The notes below the pieces were generated by a model. It saw only the letters and a program-made list of their open reading frames with translations. It was not told where the DNA came from and ran no database searches. A program made the position numbers and the translations under genes. Of a stretch of DNA of 34,031 nt, positions 21,697 to 34,031 are shown piece by piece. How positions within the stretch are numbered: position 1 is the first letter of the stretch; the number at the start of each line of letters is the position of its first letter. Source of the stretch: Jimgerdemannia flammicorona (Eukaryota); the NCBI GenBank assembly GCA_003990765.1, contig RBNJ01000289.1, positions 1 to 34,031 of the forward strand, written 5' to 3'.

Positions 21697-24600
21697 ATAG
21701 CAAACCAAGAGATTCTAGACCTCACAGCCCAGGTAGCCATAATGGCAGCAACCATTACTGCCTTAGCTGAACAAACCAGACCTACCAAAAATCTGAGCCT
21801 ACCTACCTTCAATGGTACTGCACAAGAAGTCCAAAGCTTTATTAGTGTAGTTGACACCAACTTCAAAGCCAATCAATGGGCCAATGAGTGAGTTGCTGAC
21901 TGCATTCTGACAAACAATCAAGACCACACTCTGGAACAACTCTTTGCTACCACTACAGCCTATGTCCACTGAGTTGTTATATTCTTCCAAGGACCTGCTG
22001 AAGAATGGTGGCAAACCCTTCCTGAAAAACCCCTCACATGGGATACCTGACCTGCAGTAGTTGCTCAGAATGCAGCAAACAATGCCCCAGGATATAGAGC
22101 CCATCCTGCAGCCCCTGGACTCAAACAACTCATGATTGCCCAATACTGCAGCAAAACCATGATTGCTGAATCCCGAATAAAACTCTGCAACCTCAAATTT
22201 GATATACATGGCAAAGAAGAATTCAAAACCTTCTGTACAAAACTTGAGTCACTCCTAAATACTGTTGGCCTAGGATATATTGCCAATGATGAAGCACAAA
22301 ATGGTATAAGAGCAGACCATTTATTCAATGCCCTGCCTGAATGGCTTACTAGAAAAATCTGAGAACAAGGCCACCCAGTTGATTGTGATCACCAACAATA
22401 GTGCCTGGCAAGAATCAAGACTATGGTCAAGTGAATCCTAACAGCTGGACCAATTCTGCCCTGAAGACAATTCAATAACAAGGAAAAGACTTGGACCAAG
22501 AAAGAAGAACCCAAGCATGAAGCATCCCGAGCTCCCTCCACATCCACCTCTTGGACACCTAGAAATCATGAACCCATCTAGCCAAGTATCTTCAAGAAAC
22601 TTACTGAAGATAAAAGGAATGAACTTCAAAGAAGTGGAGTATGCTTCTATTGCTGAAAGACAGGACACATGGCCAGTGCCTGCTCTAACTGAAAACCCCA
22701 AACAGCAACAAGAGCAACTATTATCACTCTGTACCACCTCAACAACCTGACCACCAGAATACTAGACTTTGTCAAGTTAAGACAAACTGCTAAGGCCCCA
22801 ACCAAATGAAGTCAAAAAGCAGCTGGATATGATCTGTATGCAGCCAAAAAAGCTACAGTTTCCAACTGAGAAGTCAAACAAGTCTACACAGGAATCAGCA
22901 TCCAAATTCCTGAAGGACATGTTGAAAGAATATGCTGTCGCAGCAGCCTAGCATTGAAAGGACTCTCAGTAGAAGGAGGAGTTATTGACAAGGACTATAC
23001 AGGTGAAGTCATTATCCTCATATGAAACTACAGTTGGAAACCCTTCAAGATCCCTATTGGTTTCTGCATTGCCCAGATCCTATTCAAAAAAATCGAGTCA
23101 ACCCTGACAGTCAAGGAAGTCCTTGAACTACTGCCCACCATCCAAGGATCCAAAGGATTTGGCTCATCGAACAAGGCCCCAGCCCAACCTACCATGAGCA
23201 AAGAAGAACAATTCTATCAGAAGATCGAAGATGGATATATATCAAGTGGCTGATGCCCTCATGGCATTGGAATGTACTCTTCCCAAATGATTGATGACTG
23301 CTTCTCTTGTGTCAATGAACTGGCTCAAAGAAGAATCAATAGAAGGAAAGCTCCTATAACTGAAATCATCACCATTGGATCAGACAAACTGCTCACACTT
23401 AAGGCTTTTGTCAACCAAGTACCTGTCAAGATTATGATAGACAGTGGTGCCTCAAGCAACTTCATCAGTAAAGAGACAGCCAACAGACTTAAGGTCTTCA
23501 CCTCTCTGGTACAACAAACTCAAGCAGTTGCTATAGCTGATGGAACCTCACATGTTATTAGCAAAGAAGTCCATAATCTACCCTTCTGAATTGGTGACTA
23601 CCGAGTACATGTTACCCTCTAAATTGTACCACTTCCTGACAATGAAATCATCCTTGGGACTCCATGGTTAAAATAAGAGAACCCTATGATTGATTGGGTA
23701 AACCATTCTCTGACCATCAAGAAAGGACGCCACAACTTCAAACTGCAAGGTGAAAAGGACTCACTTAATTCTAGTGACTCTGGACCAAAGATCACCCACA
23801 TCAACAAGCTACGACTTAAGAAATTGGCCAAGAAATGCCCTCTCTTCGCCATCTCCATCCATCCATCCAAAGGAGAACCCAAGAACTCTGAAGAAGATTT
23901 TTCCAAAGTTGACAGCTGTGTCAGACCACTACTCCAGAAATTTTGAGACATATTCCCAAAGAAGCTTCTGAAAGGCCTACCTCCTAAACGAGCAGTAGAC
24001 CATGCCATCAAGACTATCCCAGATGCCAAACCAGCCTTCAAGTCAATCTACCACATGTCTCCGAGAGAAATCAATGTACTCAAGAAAGAAATTGATGAAC
24101 TCCTAGAACAAGGATTCATCAGACCCAGTATATCACTCTATGGTGCACCAGTCCTATTTATTGTCAAGAAAGAAGGAGACCTGTGAATGTGTATTGACTA
24201 CTGTGATCTCAATGAACAGACCATCAAGAACTGTTGCCTACTACCAAGGATCAATGAAATATTTAATAGGCTCACCAATCTGCAATTCATGAGCTCCTTT
24301 GACCTGCAAAATGGTTACTGGCAAATTGCCATGAAAGAAGAAGACATTTACAAGACAGCTTTCTGAACTCGCTATGGACACTTCGAGTTCCTGGTTATGC
24401 CCTTTGGCTTAACTAATGCTCTAGCAACCTTCCAGACACTGATGAATACCATTCTGTATCCATACCTGGACAAATTCATTATTGTCTATATTGACGACAT
24501 CCTAGTCTTCAGCAAAACCCTGGAGGAACATCTTGAACACCTTGAACTAGTACTACTGAAACTCCGAGAAAACTGACTCTTTGCAAAACTCAGCAAGTGT

Positions 24601-26808
24601 GAATTTCTCCTAAAAGAAATTCAATTCCTTGGACACATTGTCACTCCAAATAGAATCAAAGTGGACCCCAACAAAATCTCTGCAATCAAGGATTGGCCCA
24701 GACCCAAGAAGCTGAAAGACCTCCAGTCATTCCTGGGATTAGCAAACTATTACAGATGATTTGTTGCCAACTTTGCTAAAATTACTACTGCCCTCACTCA
24801 AATGACCAAGTGTAGCAAGAAATAAGAACAACTCTGGACCATAAAACAAGAGAAAGACTTCAACAATCTTGTAACTTGGGGACCTGAGCAAGATACTGCC
24901 TTTCAAGCACTGAAAGATGCCCTGATAACCACTCCAGTACTTCAAGCAGCAAATCCTGCCCTACCATATGAAGTTACTACTGATGCCTCTGATCTAGCTC
25001 TTGGAGCAGTGCTCATGCAAGAAGGACACCCTGTGGCCTATCACTCCTGTAAGTTCAATGATGCTGAAATTAACTATGCAACCCACGAGAAGGAAATGCT
25101 AGCCATTGTAGATACTTTGATCAAATGGTGACCCTACCTAGAAGGAGCACACTTTACTGTATTGACTGACCACAAGTCATTAGTCAATATCAAGACACAG
25201 GCTACCCTTTCTCGAAAGCAAGCCAGATGGATAAAAGTCCTCACCAACTTTGACTATGAAATCCAGTACCACCCTGGCAAGGAAAATATTGTTGCCAATA
25301 CAATCTCCAGACCGCCCATTGAAGAAGTTATCCAAACTCTCACCTTGGTTACCAACACTATCATGGAGCAAATTATTGCAGTATGTGCCGATGATAAGGA
25401 AGCTCAAGCACTGCAAGAAATCCTGAATAGTGATGATGCTGACAAGCATACACAGTATCATCAATACCAACTAAAGGACAATACTATCTACTACAAAGAC
25501 AGACTGTATGTCCCAAACAACCGAGACCTCTGAAGGACTATCTTATTCGAATGTCATGATGCCCCTACAGCTGGACATTTAGGATTCGATAAATGTTATA
25601 AAGTTATCTCCTGAAACTTCTATTGGCCCCGCATGGCAGATCAGCTCAAAACCTACATTACTTTCTATGATGCCTGCCAATGAAACAAGTCCTTAACACT
25701 AGTAAAACCTGGCTTACTTCACCCTATCCTAGTGCTATCTGTGAATTGGGAACAAATCTCTATGGACTTTATTATACAACTACCCTGAACCAAGAATGAG
25801 CAAGATGCAATTGTTGTCTTGGTGGACTATCTCAGCAAACAAGCTCACTTTGTGCCAACTACCACTACTGCAATAGCATCAGATATAGCTACACTATTAT
25901 TTGACAACATCTTCCACTATCATGGTCTTCCTAAGATCATTGTTAGCAACCGAGACCTGAAATTCACCAGCCATTTTTAGAAAGCCCTCCATATATACTT
26001 TGGAACAAAACTTGTACTATCTACAGCCTTTTATCTAGAAACTGATGGCCAAACTGAAAGAATGAACCAAACTCTAGAACAAATGCTAAGGAACTATGTT
26101 TCCTACAGACAAGATGACTGGCATGAACACCTCACTGCAGTCGAGTTTGCCTATAATAATAGCAAACAAGCCTCTCTCGGAATGAGCCCATTCTTCACCA
26201 ATACTGGACAAAACCCAAACACCCCTTTGACACTCATCTGAACTACTGAAGAACCCTCTATAGTCGAAGCTGTTGAAGAATCTAAGCCAGATCACAATCA
26301 AGAATTTATTGTGAGCTCAAGAACAACAGTCACAGTATGTTAACCAACACTACCAAGAAGAAACTTTGATATTAGAGAAAAAGTTCTACTGGACATTAGA
26401 GGATACCGAGTTGACAACCTCAAGTACAGACCATCTACAAAGCTGAACAGCAAGTTCATTGGACCATTTGAAGTCATTGCACAAGTCTCTCCAATCTCCT
26501 ACAAATTGGTGCTACCAGATACTATTAAGATTCACCCAGTCTTCAATGTCCAACATCTCAAGCGATATAATGAGAATGATGATGAACTATTCCCTAACTG
26601 AACCATGAAACCACCTGTACCTGTTATTATTAATGACCAAGAAGAGTACGAAGTTGAACAAATCCTCAACAAATGCAGCAACAAGAACCACCCTGAGTAC
26701 CTTGTCAAATGGAAAGGTTACCCAATCTATGATGCCACATGGGAACTCAAGACCAACCTCCAGAATGCTACCAACCTAGTTCAGGAATATGATTCCTTGA
26801 ATAATTAA
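21697..26808 (+). pseudogene. gag-pol: gag-dUTPase-pol polyprotein of copy D
   Basis: Same domains as A; PR IDSGA and RT YIDD; small deletions at ~26281 and ~26365; chromodomain in track ORF 26605-26808. Confidence 0.95.
22762..23169 (+). pseudogene. dut: dUTPase domain (copy D)
   Basis: AAGYDLY...CRSSLALKG...GGVIDKDYTGEV...IAQILF...GSKGFGSS. Confidence 0.93.
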
Positions 26809-27217
26809 AACCAAATACTCCGTACCTATCCATACATATCATATATTATCCTCCTGAACACTATAATTATCAAAAAATCAAGAACTCAGCAAAACAAGAC
26901 AAGAATACTGACCCTCTGGAAAAATAGCACAACTGAAAGCAAACCTATTCTCTCTGTACCACTGGTGAGAAATAAGGCATAGATATTTAAGAAGATTCCT
27001 TAGAGGAAATTCTCCAGCAGTGAATGATATCAGAATTACTTCTGGCATATGGCATTGAATACATGACCCTTTAATATATGAATCCAACACATTAGGCAAC
27101 TATACTATGAGCATGCCACTTTCTGGAAAAAAATAGCCTTTACTAGACTTTTGACCTCCTAAATGGTGTAACAATACTAGAACAAAATTAGAAGGCCCGA
27201 CGAGGACATTGAAAGCT

Positions 27218-27230
27218 AAGAAGGGGAGAG
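27218..27230 (+). other. Polypurine tract of copy D
   Basis: AAGAAGGGGAGAG before TGTAAG at 27232. Confidence 0.92.
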
Positions 27231-27231
27231 T

Positions 27232-29268
27232 TGTAAGTGCACAACCTCTAAGCCACTGAAATTATATGTCACTCTCTGAACAAATCTGGAAATCACCTGC
27301 TTGGTCATAAAGCTGAGTCAAACTGAAGTCATAGCACACAAAGCTGAGTCAACACGAAGTCACAGAACACAAGATTCACACAAATGGAGTCTTACCAATC
27401 AGGACCAAATGCATATATACTGAGTACTGAGATGCATCGAATCAGAAGAACAAAAACAAACAACAACCACAACTTCTAAACACACAAATATGACTACCGA
27501 GATCTACACCTATATCTGTGCTGACATTTGGAATGCCATTGTCAACCGAGCCACACCCCCTCTGCCCCTCATGAATATCCATAGCCTAGCACCCCTCTAC
27601 TTCGTGGAAGCCCAATGGAATGCTCTGAACATACTTAGCGAGGCCCACCAAATCAGACAAATCTCAAGCTACTACCAGATCAGTTGCCTCCTAGAAGATA
27701 TGATCAAACACCACCACAATACAGACATTACCCAGATGTCTCAACACCAGAAGCTCATCACCTATAAACATCAAGAACTCTTCTACGAGTATAGCACCAT
27801 TATTCCCCACCTCCGAGTTACCATAGCCGAAATGGTTGCTACCCTATCCTATGGCCAAATTGACAACATGATACAAGAACTCAACCACAAGTATCTTGAG
27901 TATGTCGAAACCATAGACAGAACCTTCCCACACCCCAATGATCATATCCTGCAAATGCCCCAAGTTGGATATGCCATAAAGGACATTTATGATATAATCC
28001 ACTTTGACGAAGACAAAGCAGAAGACAATGATCCCTCTGACACTGACATAACCTCTAGCCAAGGATCTCTGCCAACCCTGATCATACTGCTAATCTTGCC
28101 GATGAACTTACAACAATTCATAACAACATACGAGACTTATTGGGACAATGACCACTGGCACGAATACCAATCTGCGTTTATTCCCAATTACTTCAACTAT
28201 AATGAAGAGACTGGAGAACATAACCTATATCTCCAGACAACCCTCGAGATTGAACCAACCACTCCACCACCTGAGTACAAGCGACATGAACCACAGCCAC
28301 TAGCTTACTACAACCCTGCAACTCATAGTGCTATAACCTATAGAAGATATGTAGATAGTGAAACCAATGAAAGCAAAGATGATGCACCCCTCCTTTACCC
28401 ACCAACACCTTACCCAGTATACAAGACTGATGATACCATCTTGTGGGATAGAGATGAAGTTCTAATGTATTATTACCTCAGTGAACAAGGAGAAGTAATC
28501 CATGAACCACTCTTCCTAGATGACTACTTTATCAGAGATGATGCAATCGATAGTGATATCATCAAGGACTACTCCAACAGTGCCTAAACCTATAAATAGC
28601 CTAGCAGTCATAGTATAGTTAGATTAGCCTTATACGACAAGACTGTGAACTGACTCAGCAGTCAGACGATCTCTTGACATGTCAGATCACACTTGTACTA
28701 CATGACTGTATTCTAACTCAGCAAGGCACTTAGTGCTACATCCATATCTAGCATAGTCCAGATAGTCCCTCACTAGTATAAATACCCCCTCCCCCAGACC
28801 TCAGAATCTCAGACTCGAACAATCCAAACACAACAACTCCTGAGCACTTCCCCACAATATCTCCTCACACAACTACTCCTAGTATAGCAATATCATGAAT
28901 AGCAAATAAACCTATTTAATAACTCACAAACCACTCTTAAGTAAATCTGCCCCCCATTAGGTCTCACTCCTAACCCCATCACGAAATTTCCTAATTGGGT
29001 ATTGTCTGCAGCGATATGCTGATTCAACTAAGCTGGTCTTAGTTTCTTGAACTTCCTGAAATACAGAAAATCCTGAATATCCAGAACTAGTCTGAAAAAG
29101 GACTTTGGTTGAGACGTCAACCCGATCTTGAAATCAATAAGCATAGAGGACATACTCCATATAAAATTGATCTTAACTATAAGAAAACAGTCTTCCAGAA
29201 TATCCAGAACTTCCAGAAAACCCTTTTAGAACTACGTAACAGTTATTCTAAAAAGTAACTCTCTTATA
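27232..29268 (+). repeat. 3' LTR of D (2037 bp)
   Basis: TGTAAG...CTTATA; LINE sequence resumes at 29269. Confidence 0.95.
27490..28587 (+). CDS. Intact 365-aa LTR(U3)-embedded accessory ORF, unknown function (acidic, His/Tyr-rich, PPxY motif)
   Basis: Only uninterrupted copy; start, stop and length are conserved among LTR copies; no family recognised; expression not shown. Confidence 0.8.
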   Translation: MTTEIYTYICADIWNAIVNRATPPLPLMNIHSLAPLYFVEAQWNALNILSEAHQIRQISSYYQISCLLEDMIKHHHNTDITQMSQHQKLITYKHQELFYEYSTIIPHLRVTIAEMVATLSYGQIDNMIQELNHKYLEYVETIDRTFPHPNDHILQMPQVGYAIKDIYDIIHFDEDKAEDNDPSDTDITSSQGSLPTLIILLILPMNLQQFITTYETYWDNDHWHEYQSAFIPNYFNYNEETGEHNLYLQTTLEIEPTTPPPEYKRHEPQPLAYYNPATHSAITYRRYVDSETNESKDDAPLLYPPTPYPVYKTDDTILWDRDEVLMYYYLSEQGEVIHEPLFLDDYFIRDDAIDSDIIKDYSNSA

Positions 29269-30251
29269 GATGGGGACTGGTGGAGTGCAGGATCATGAGG
29301 GTGAAGGGGACCCAGGAGGAGAAGAAAGACCTGTTGGAGGCTCTAGAGGATCTGGAAGATACGGTTGCAAGGAGGAGATTGGCATGGAAGGAGTTTGAGG
29401 CCAGGACAGTGATGGGGGAGGTGGATGGAAAGAGAGTCCAAATGAAGAAGGGGGTCTGGGAGAAGTTGCAGGGGAGGAAAATCCAGAAAGAGCTACTAGT
29501 GAGGTTGGGTGGGGGTAGGGCCAGTGGAAGCTCAGGGGAGAGGAGTGTGGGATTGCAGGAGAGCACCTGGGCTGAGGGGGGTAAAAGGACTCAGAGTGGG
29601 GCTCAGCTGGAAGTGGAGGTAGAGAGGGTGGGCAATATGGAGGCAGATGCAGATATGAGTGAAGGTGTGTGCCCCCAGTATAGTGTCTCAGGTAGAGCTG
29701 AGGGAGAGGAGGAGCTGCTAGATGTGCCAGATGAGGAGTGGGATGAGTCAGTGCAAAGGAGCATGCTAGTGGACCCCGAGATGGATGGGGGACAAATCAC
29801 TCAGGGTGTGGCAGAGGCAGTGGATGAGGAGAAGTGGATGTGGAAGACCCTAGAAGAGATAGTGGCTGAAGAGCTGGGGGGTGAGAATTTCAGGGTAATA
29901 GAAGAAAGGCATTGGGAGGAGATCTTATAGGGGGAGGAGGTGCTGAGGAAGATGAGGAACAAGATCCTGGCTATTCTCTTGGAGTTAATTGAATATCAAG
30001 TCGATGATCAGAGGGAGGAGGAACTTAGGAGGATTGTGAGTGACAGGGCACTATTCTTGTGGAACTTGAGGAAGGGACTGAAAAAGTGGCATGCAGTCTG
30101 CTTGGATTATTGGTTGGATATGGAGGTAGTGGATGGGGTGGAATGTCAGGAAATCTTGGAGACACTGGATGCTCAGGCTAATGTGGAGGGTGACTTGGAA
30201 GCTAAATGGTACTTAGATCTGGCTAGGGATGAGATGAGCATAGAATTCTAG
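29269..30251 (+). pseudogene. LINE ORF1, C-terminal part
   Basis: Track ORFs 29280-29930 and 29940-30251 share a frame; joined to 15681-16614 they give 639 codons. Confidence 0.75.
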
Positions 30252-30282
30252 GATGGGGTCTCTATTGCAACATTTTTTCAAT

Positions 30283-33200
30283 ATGAACAGTACAACTAGG
30301 ATATTCTCATTGAATGTTAATGGGTTACAGGGGGTAGCTAGGAGGAAGTATATATTTGGATAGCTTAAGAGACTGAATGCAGATCTCTTCTTGTTACAGG
30401 ATGTTCATTATGAGGCAGATGTGGACTTACAAGATTGGACTAGAGAATGGGGGGGTACAGTAGTATAGAGGGGGAGAGTGTGTATTCTCATTTGGAAAGG
30501 GATGGGAGAAATTGAGGACATTGGACATTGGGGGTCTCGGGTGGTGTGGGGAGTGTGGAAGAGGTCTGGATGGGGCTCATTGATAGTTGGGTCTTGCTAC
30601 TGCCCAGCTGAGAGAGGGGAGAGGGTGGATTGGATTCACAGATTGAAAGAGGCTGGTGTATTGAGAGAAGTTGGGCTGGACTGTATGGGGGGTGACTTCA
30701 ACATAGTATGGGATAAGAAGATAGATAGAACAGATGGAGGGAGAGGCATGCGGAGTGAAAGTGGTGGGTTGGGTGACTGGCTGGAGGTAGAGAGGTTGAG
30801 TTCTTTAGTGGACTCGGGAAGACATTTTTGGGCTGATCAGCAGGTGTACACCCACTGGGCAGCAGGGCTGGGCTCTAGGATTGACTGGGTTTTGACAGCA
30901 GAGTGTTGGGGAGCAGATGTCTGGTCAGTGCTGGAAGTAGTTTGGTGTCTATGGGTCTGATTACTGGGGGCTGCTTGGAGGGGAGAGGTTTGGGGGAAAT
31001 GAGGATGGGCCTGGACATTGGTGGCTAAATTCTTCCTTATTGGAGGATAGAGAGTTGTGAGAGGGTTGGAAAATGGAGGTGGTTGGAAATATCAGTAGGT
31101 GGCAAGAACAAGGCCTTGAGATTGGGGACCACTGGAAAAGGCTGAAGGCAAATGCTCAGGGGTATTGGAGGGAAGCTGGGAAAGGAAAGTGTGCCCAGCA
31201 AAGGTGGAGAGTGCTGTGGACCTCGTGGCATCTGGCAGCACTCATGGAGAGATGGGCAGGTGTGCTAGAATATGGAGACATGACTGATTGGCATATTGTG
31301 AGAATCCGGCAGGAGGTGGAGGAGCTCAAAGGAGTGTTACATAGGGAGGAGGAGGTGAAGTTGCAGGGAATAGTGGCCCGACTGTGGTGGCAGAAGCTTG
31401 AGGAGGGGGAGAGGCCTACTAGGTTTTTGTCACAGTTGTTACAGGTATGATGAATGAAGCAGTGGTGGGAGGGAGTTCTGGACACAAATGGCAAGCTGGT
31501 AGTGGGGACTCCAGCTATTCTGGGCCTATTGAGAGCCATATGGAGGAATCTATGGAGTGAGGAGGAAGGAGGAATAGATGCTCTGGATGTTGAAAGGCAG
31601 CTGGGAGATTGACATCTAGACCCTGCGATGGGTCTTGGGGTATTGGGGGACCCAGTGAGTGGCAAGGAAATTCACAGGGTTGTGGCCTCAATGAGTAAGG
31701 GGACAGCCCTGGGAGAGGATGGACTTCTCTGGGATTTTTGGCAAAAGATGGCTGGGGTGGGTGAGGTGCTAGAGGAAATGACTGCTATGTGTGATGGAGT
31801 TTTTTGGTCTGGTGCTTGGATTGGGGGACAGTGCTTAGGGCTAGTCTCCTTGCTCTACAAAAATAAGGGGAGGCAAGAGGACTGGAAGAACTGGTGGCCA
31901 ATCATGCTTCTTGATATAGACCGAAAACTGGTGACGAAGATCTTGGTGATGAGGCTGCAAGGAATTGCTCAGCAGGTGCTTGGTGTGGAGCAGCGTGGGT
32001 TTGTCAGTGGCCAGTTGATTCGAGATAGGACAGCTTGGGTACATGGAGTGATTGAAGGTACCCAGATGACAGAGGTGGATGGCAGATTGGTGTTTCTGGA
32101 CCAAGAGAAGGCTTATGATAGAGTATGGAGGATATGGCTGGAGAGAGTACTGAGATGGATTGGTATCCCCCCAGGGTTCCAAGGATTATTGATCAGCCTT
32201 TTAGAGGATAGTCAGGCAGCATTGGTCATCAATGGCCACAGGGGGGTGACCTTTTCTCTGGGATGTAGGGTACTACAAGGGGACCCCTTGTCACCCATAT
32301 TGTATGCCCTTTCTCTGGAGCCCCTACTGGACAGAATTCGGTATCAGATTGGGGGTTTGGACATTTTAGGGAATAATTGGAAGGTAGGGGCCTTTGCTGA
32401 TGATATGGTGGTTGGGCTGGGCTCCTTGGTGGATGTGGGGGAGTTGCAGAGGTCTGTGGAATGGTATGAGAGGGGTTCTGGGGCTAAACTAAACTGGCAC
32501 AAATACAAGACTCTGATGCTGGGTACTGGAATTGTTAGTGGTGATATCATTGGGACAGTGGTACTGGTTGGGGAACCAGTGCATTATTTGGGGATCTACT
32601 TCTTGGTATTCAGATCTCTTCTTCCCTGGGTATGGTGGGACCGAAAACTTCTGGAGTGGGGAAATATTCTGCTGCAATGGGGAGGTCAGCATATGTCACT
32701 AGCCAGAAGGGTAATGGTACTGAATGTGTATTGGATGCCGAAGCTGTAGTATGTGGAATATTATTTAGATTTCCCAACCTGGGTGGTCAAGGGGCTGTTG
32801 AAGATGGCGAGGTCATAGATCTGGGGAGGGCGGCAGAGCCAGGTGGGTTGGGAGGTGCTCATACTGCTCTTGGAAAGAGGTGGACTGGGCTTAGTGAACT
32901 TTACTAAGCGGCTTCAATGTTTGAGAGCTTGGTGGTTGTGAAGGGCAAGTGAGCTTAGGGGTTGGGAGTGGGTGCCACTTATGCAGAGATTGTGGGAGGT
33001 TCGGTACTCTCCATATAGTGGCTCAGGTAACCTGCTCATAATGGTGGCCATGGATGGGAGCAGGAGGATGCAGTTTATGGGCTTTTAGTGGGGGGTGGTA
33101 GATGGTGCTAAGAAAATTAGACTTTAGTGGTGAGGTGATGAAGCCGAGGAGGATTGGGGACTGCAGATGTGGTGGTGAGACAGGCTTCTACTGGGTGGTG

Positions 33201-33950
33201 TTCTGGTGGAGAACTTTCAGCTTGGCGAGGGTTTGGAATATCTACGAGGCCTAGGTGGAGATCTGTGGCCTAAAGCCTGGCAGAGGGTTGGAATTAGTGA
33301 GGAGTGGAATTGGAATAGACTCTGGCTTTGGAGCAAAAGGGTGAGGCAGTGGCTGCCCCCAAGTTCTGAGTGATGTGGTGGTATGTCCTATGGCAGAATG
33401 TGATGTTGAACTATTGGTCTGGGCACTTGGTGGCCAGTGGAGTATTTGAGTGCAAGGATTGTTTCAGCATTGGTCAGGAGGGAGGTGTGATGCAAATGCC
33501 TGAACATTGGCTTAGTGAGTGTGAGGTTTTGGAGGAGTTTTGGAGATGTATTATGGACCAGGTAGGGCTGGGTGCCTTGGAGAGAGTGGAAGGGGGGAGA
33601 TGGGGAGAGCTCCACCAGTGACTGGTGGGTGGAGTTGGGGATGAATGGCTGACCCTTGGCTGGGCTTTGGCCATGTGAGTTGGGTTAGCTGAACATTGGG
33701 TTCATATCTTTGAGGAGGGGTGGCAGGTTGGGGTTGGGGACAAGGTGGCATGTTGGGAATGGTTGCTATTGAACATTTTGAATAGCTGGTGGCAATGTTG
33801 GGGACTGGGTGGGGGGTACCACAGGAGTTTGGTACAGTGTATCTCCTGGAAGAGTGGTGGGAGGGTTTAGGTAGTGGGTAACTAGGTGGTGCTTAGGTAG
33901 AGGGAGGTCGAGGGAGGAGAGTTGGGTCCATGGGGCATTGGTTGAGGGTG
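30283..33950 (+). pseudogene. LINE ORF2: APE endonuclease, reverse transcriptase, C-terminal CCHC (3' end approximate)
   Basis: SLNVNGL, LLQD, GGDFN, SRIDW, SDY; KNWWPIMLL, QRGF, LDQEKAYDRV, QGDPLSP, FADD; CKDC...EHWLSEC. Confidence 0.92.
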
Positions 33951-33987
33951 GAGATGACATTGTATTGTTAGAATTATAGACATTGGT

Positions 33988-34022
33988 AATAAAGGGCAGT
34001 CCAAGGGACTATAAAAAAAAAA
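33988..34022 (+). terminator. LINE poly(A) signal AATAAA (33988-33993) and A10 tail (34013-34022)
   Basis: Directly follows the end of ORF2. Confidence 0.75.
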
Positions 34023-34031
34023 GAGAAGAGT

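Larger units (their letters stand above)
16614..29268 (+). mobile_element. Full-length Ty3/Gypsy chromovirus, copy D, inserted in LINE ORF1
   Basis: Colinear with copy A; 5' LTR split by a solo LTR; the first bases of the 5' LTR are missing. Confidence 0.96.
15588..34022 (+). mobile_element. Apparently full-length L1-clade (L1/Tx1-like) non-LTR retrotransposon, ~5.8 kb after removing element D
   Basis: Short 5' UTR, ORF1, ORF2 (APE endonuclease-RT-CCHC), AATAAA and A-tail; strongly G-rich sense strand on both sides of D. Confidence 0.9.

Noticed and set aside
27490..28587. LTR ORF as an envelope gene
   Set aside because: No signal peptide or conserved transmembrane segment; the hydrophobic LIILLIL stretch is private C>T decay of LITPPTLP.
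34023..34031. Target-site duplication of the LINE
   Set aside because: GAGAAGAGT does not match the sequence before 15588; the window ends too early to decide.

Overview
The window is entirely eukaryotic transposable-element DNA (probably fungal; this is inference) with no host gene. It is a deep nest of decayed retroelements. The main family is a Ty3/Gypsy chromovirus with ~2.03-kb LTRs (TGTAAG...CTTACA), a tRNA-iMet-type PBS, and one gag(CCHC)-dUTPase-PR-RT-RNaseH-IN-chromodomain frame. It is present as two full-length copies (A 462-11043; D ~16614-29268), a solo LTR (18083-20165), an older split LTR (1-461 + 11044-11609), an inverted fragment (11610-11775) and a variant LTR with different cargo (C 13950-15411). 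A second dUTPase-bearing Gypsy family (B 11776-13949) and an apparently full-length L1-clade LINE (~15588-34022, split by D) complete the nest. The most unusual feature is a 365-aa acidic, PPxY-containing ORF of unknown function inside the U3 of the LTR. It has its own putative AP-1/CCAAT/TATA promoter and is still intact at 27490-28587. Other notable features: a variant LTR swaps this cargo but keeps its acidic tail; a small third ORF follows pol; a Met-free in-frame Gag extension runs through U5 and the PBS; and two insertions fall 8 bp apart in the family's own LTR promoter. All comparisons were made by eye.
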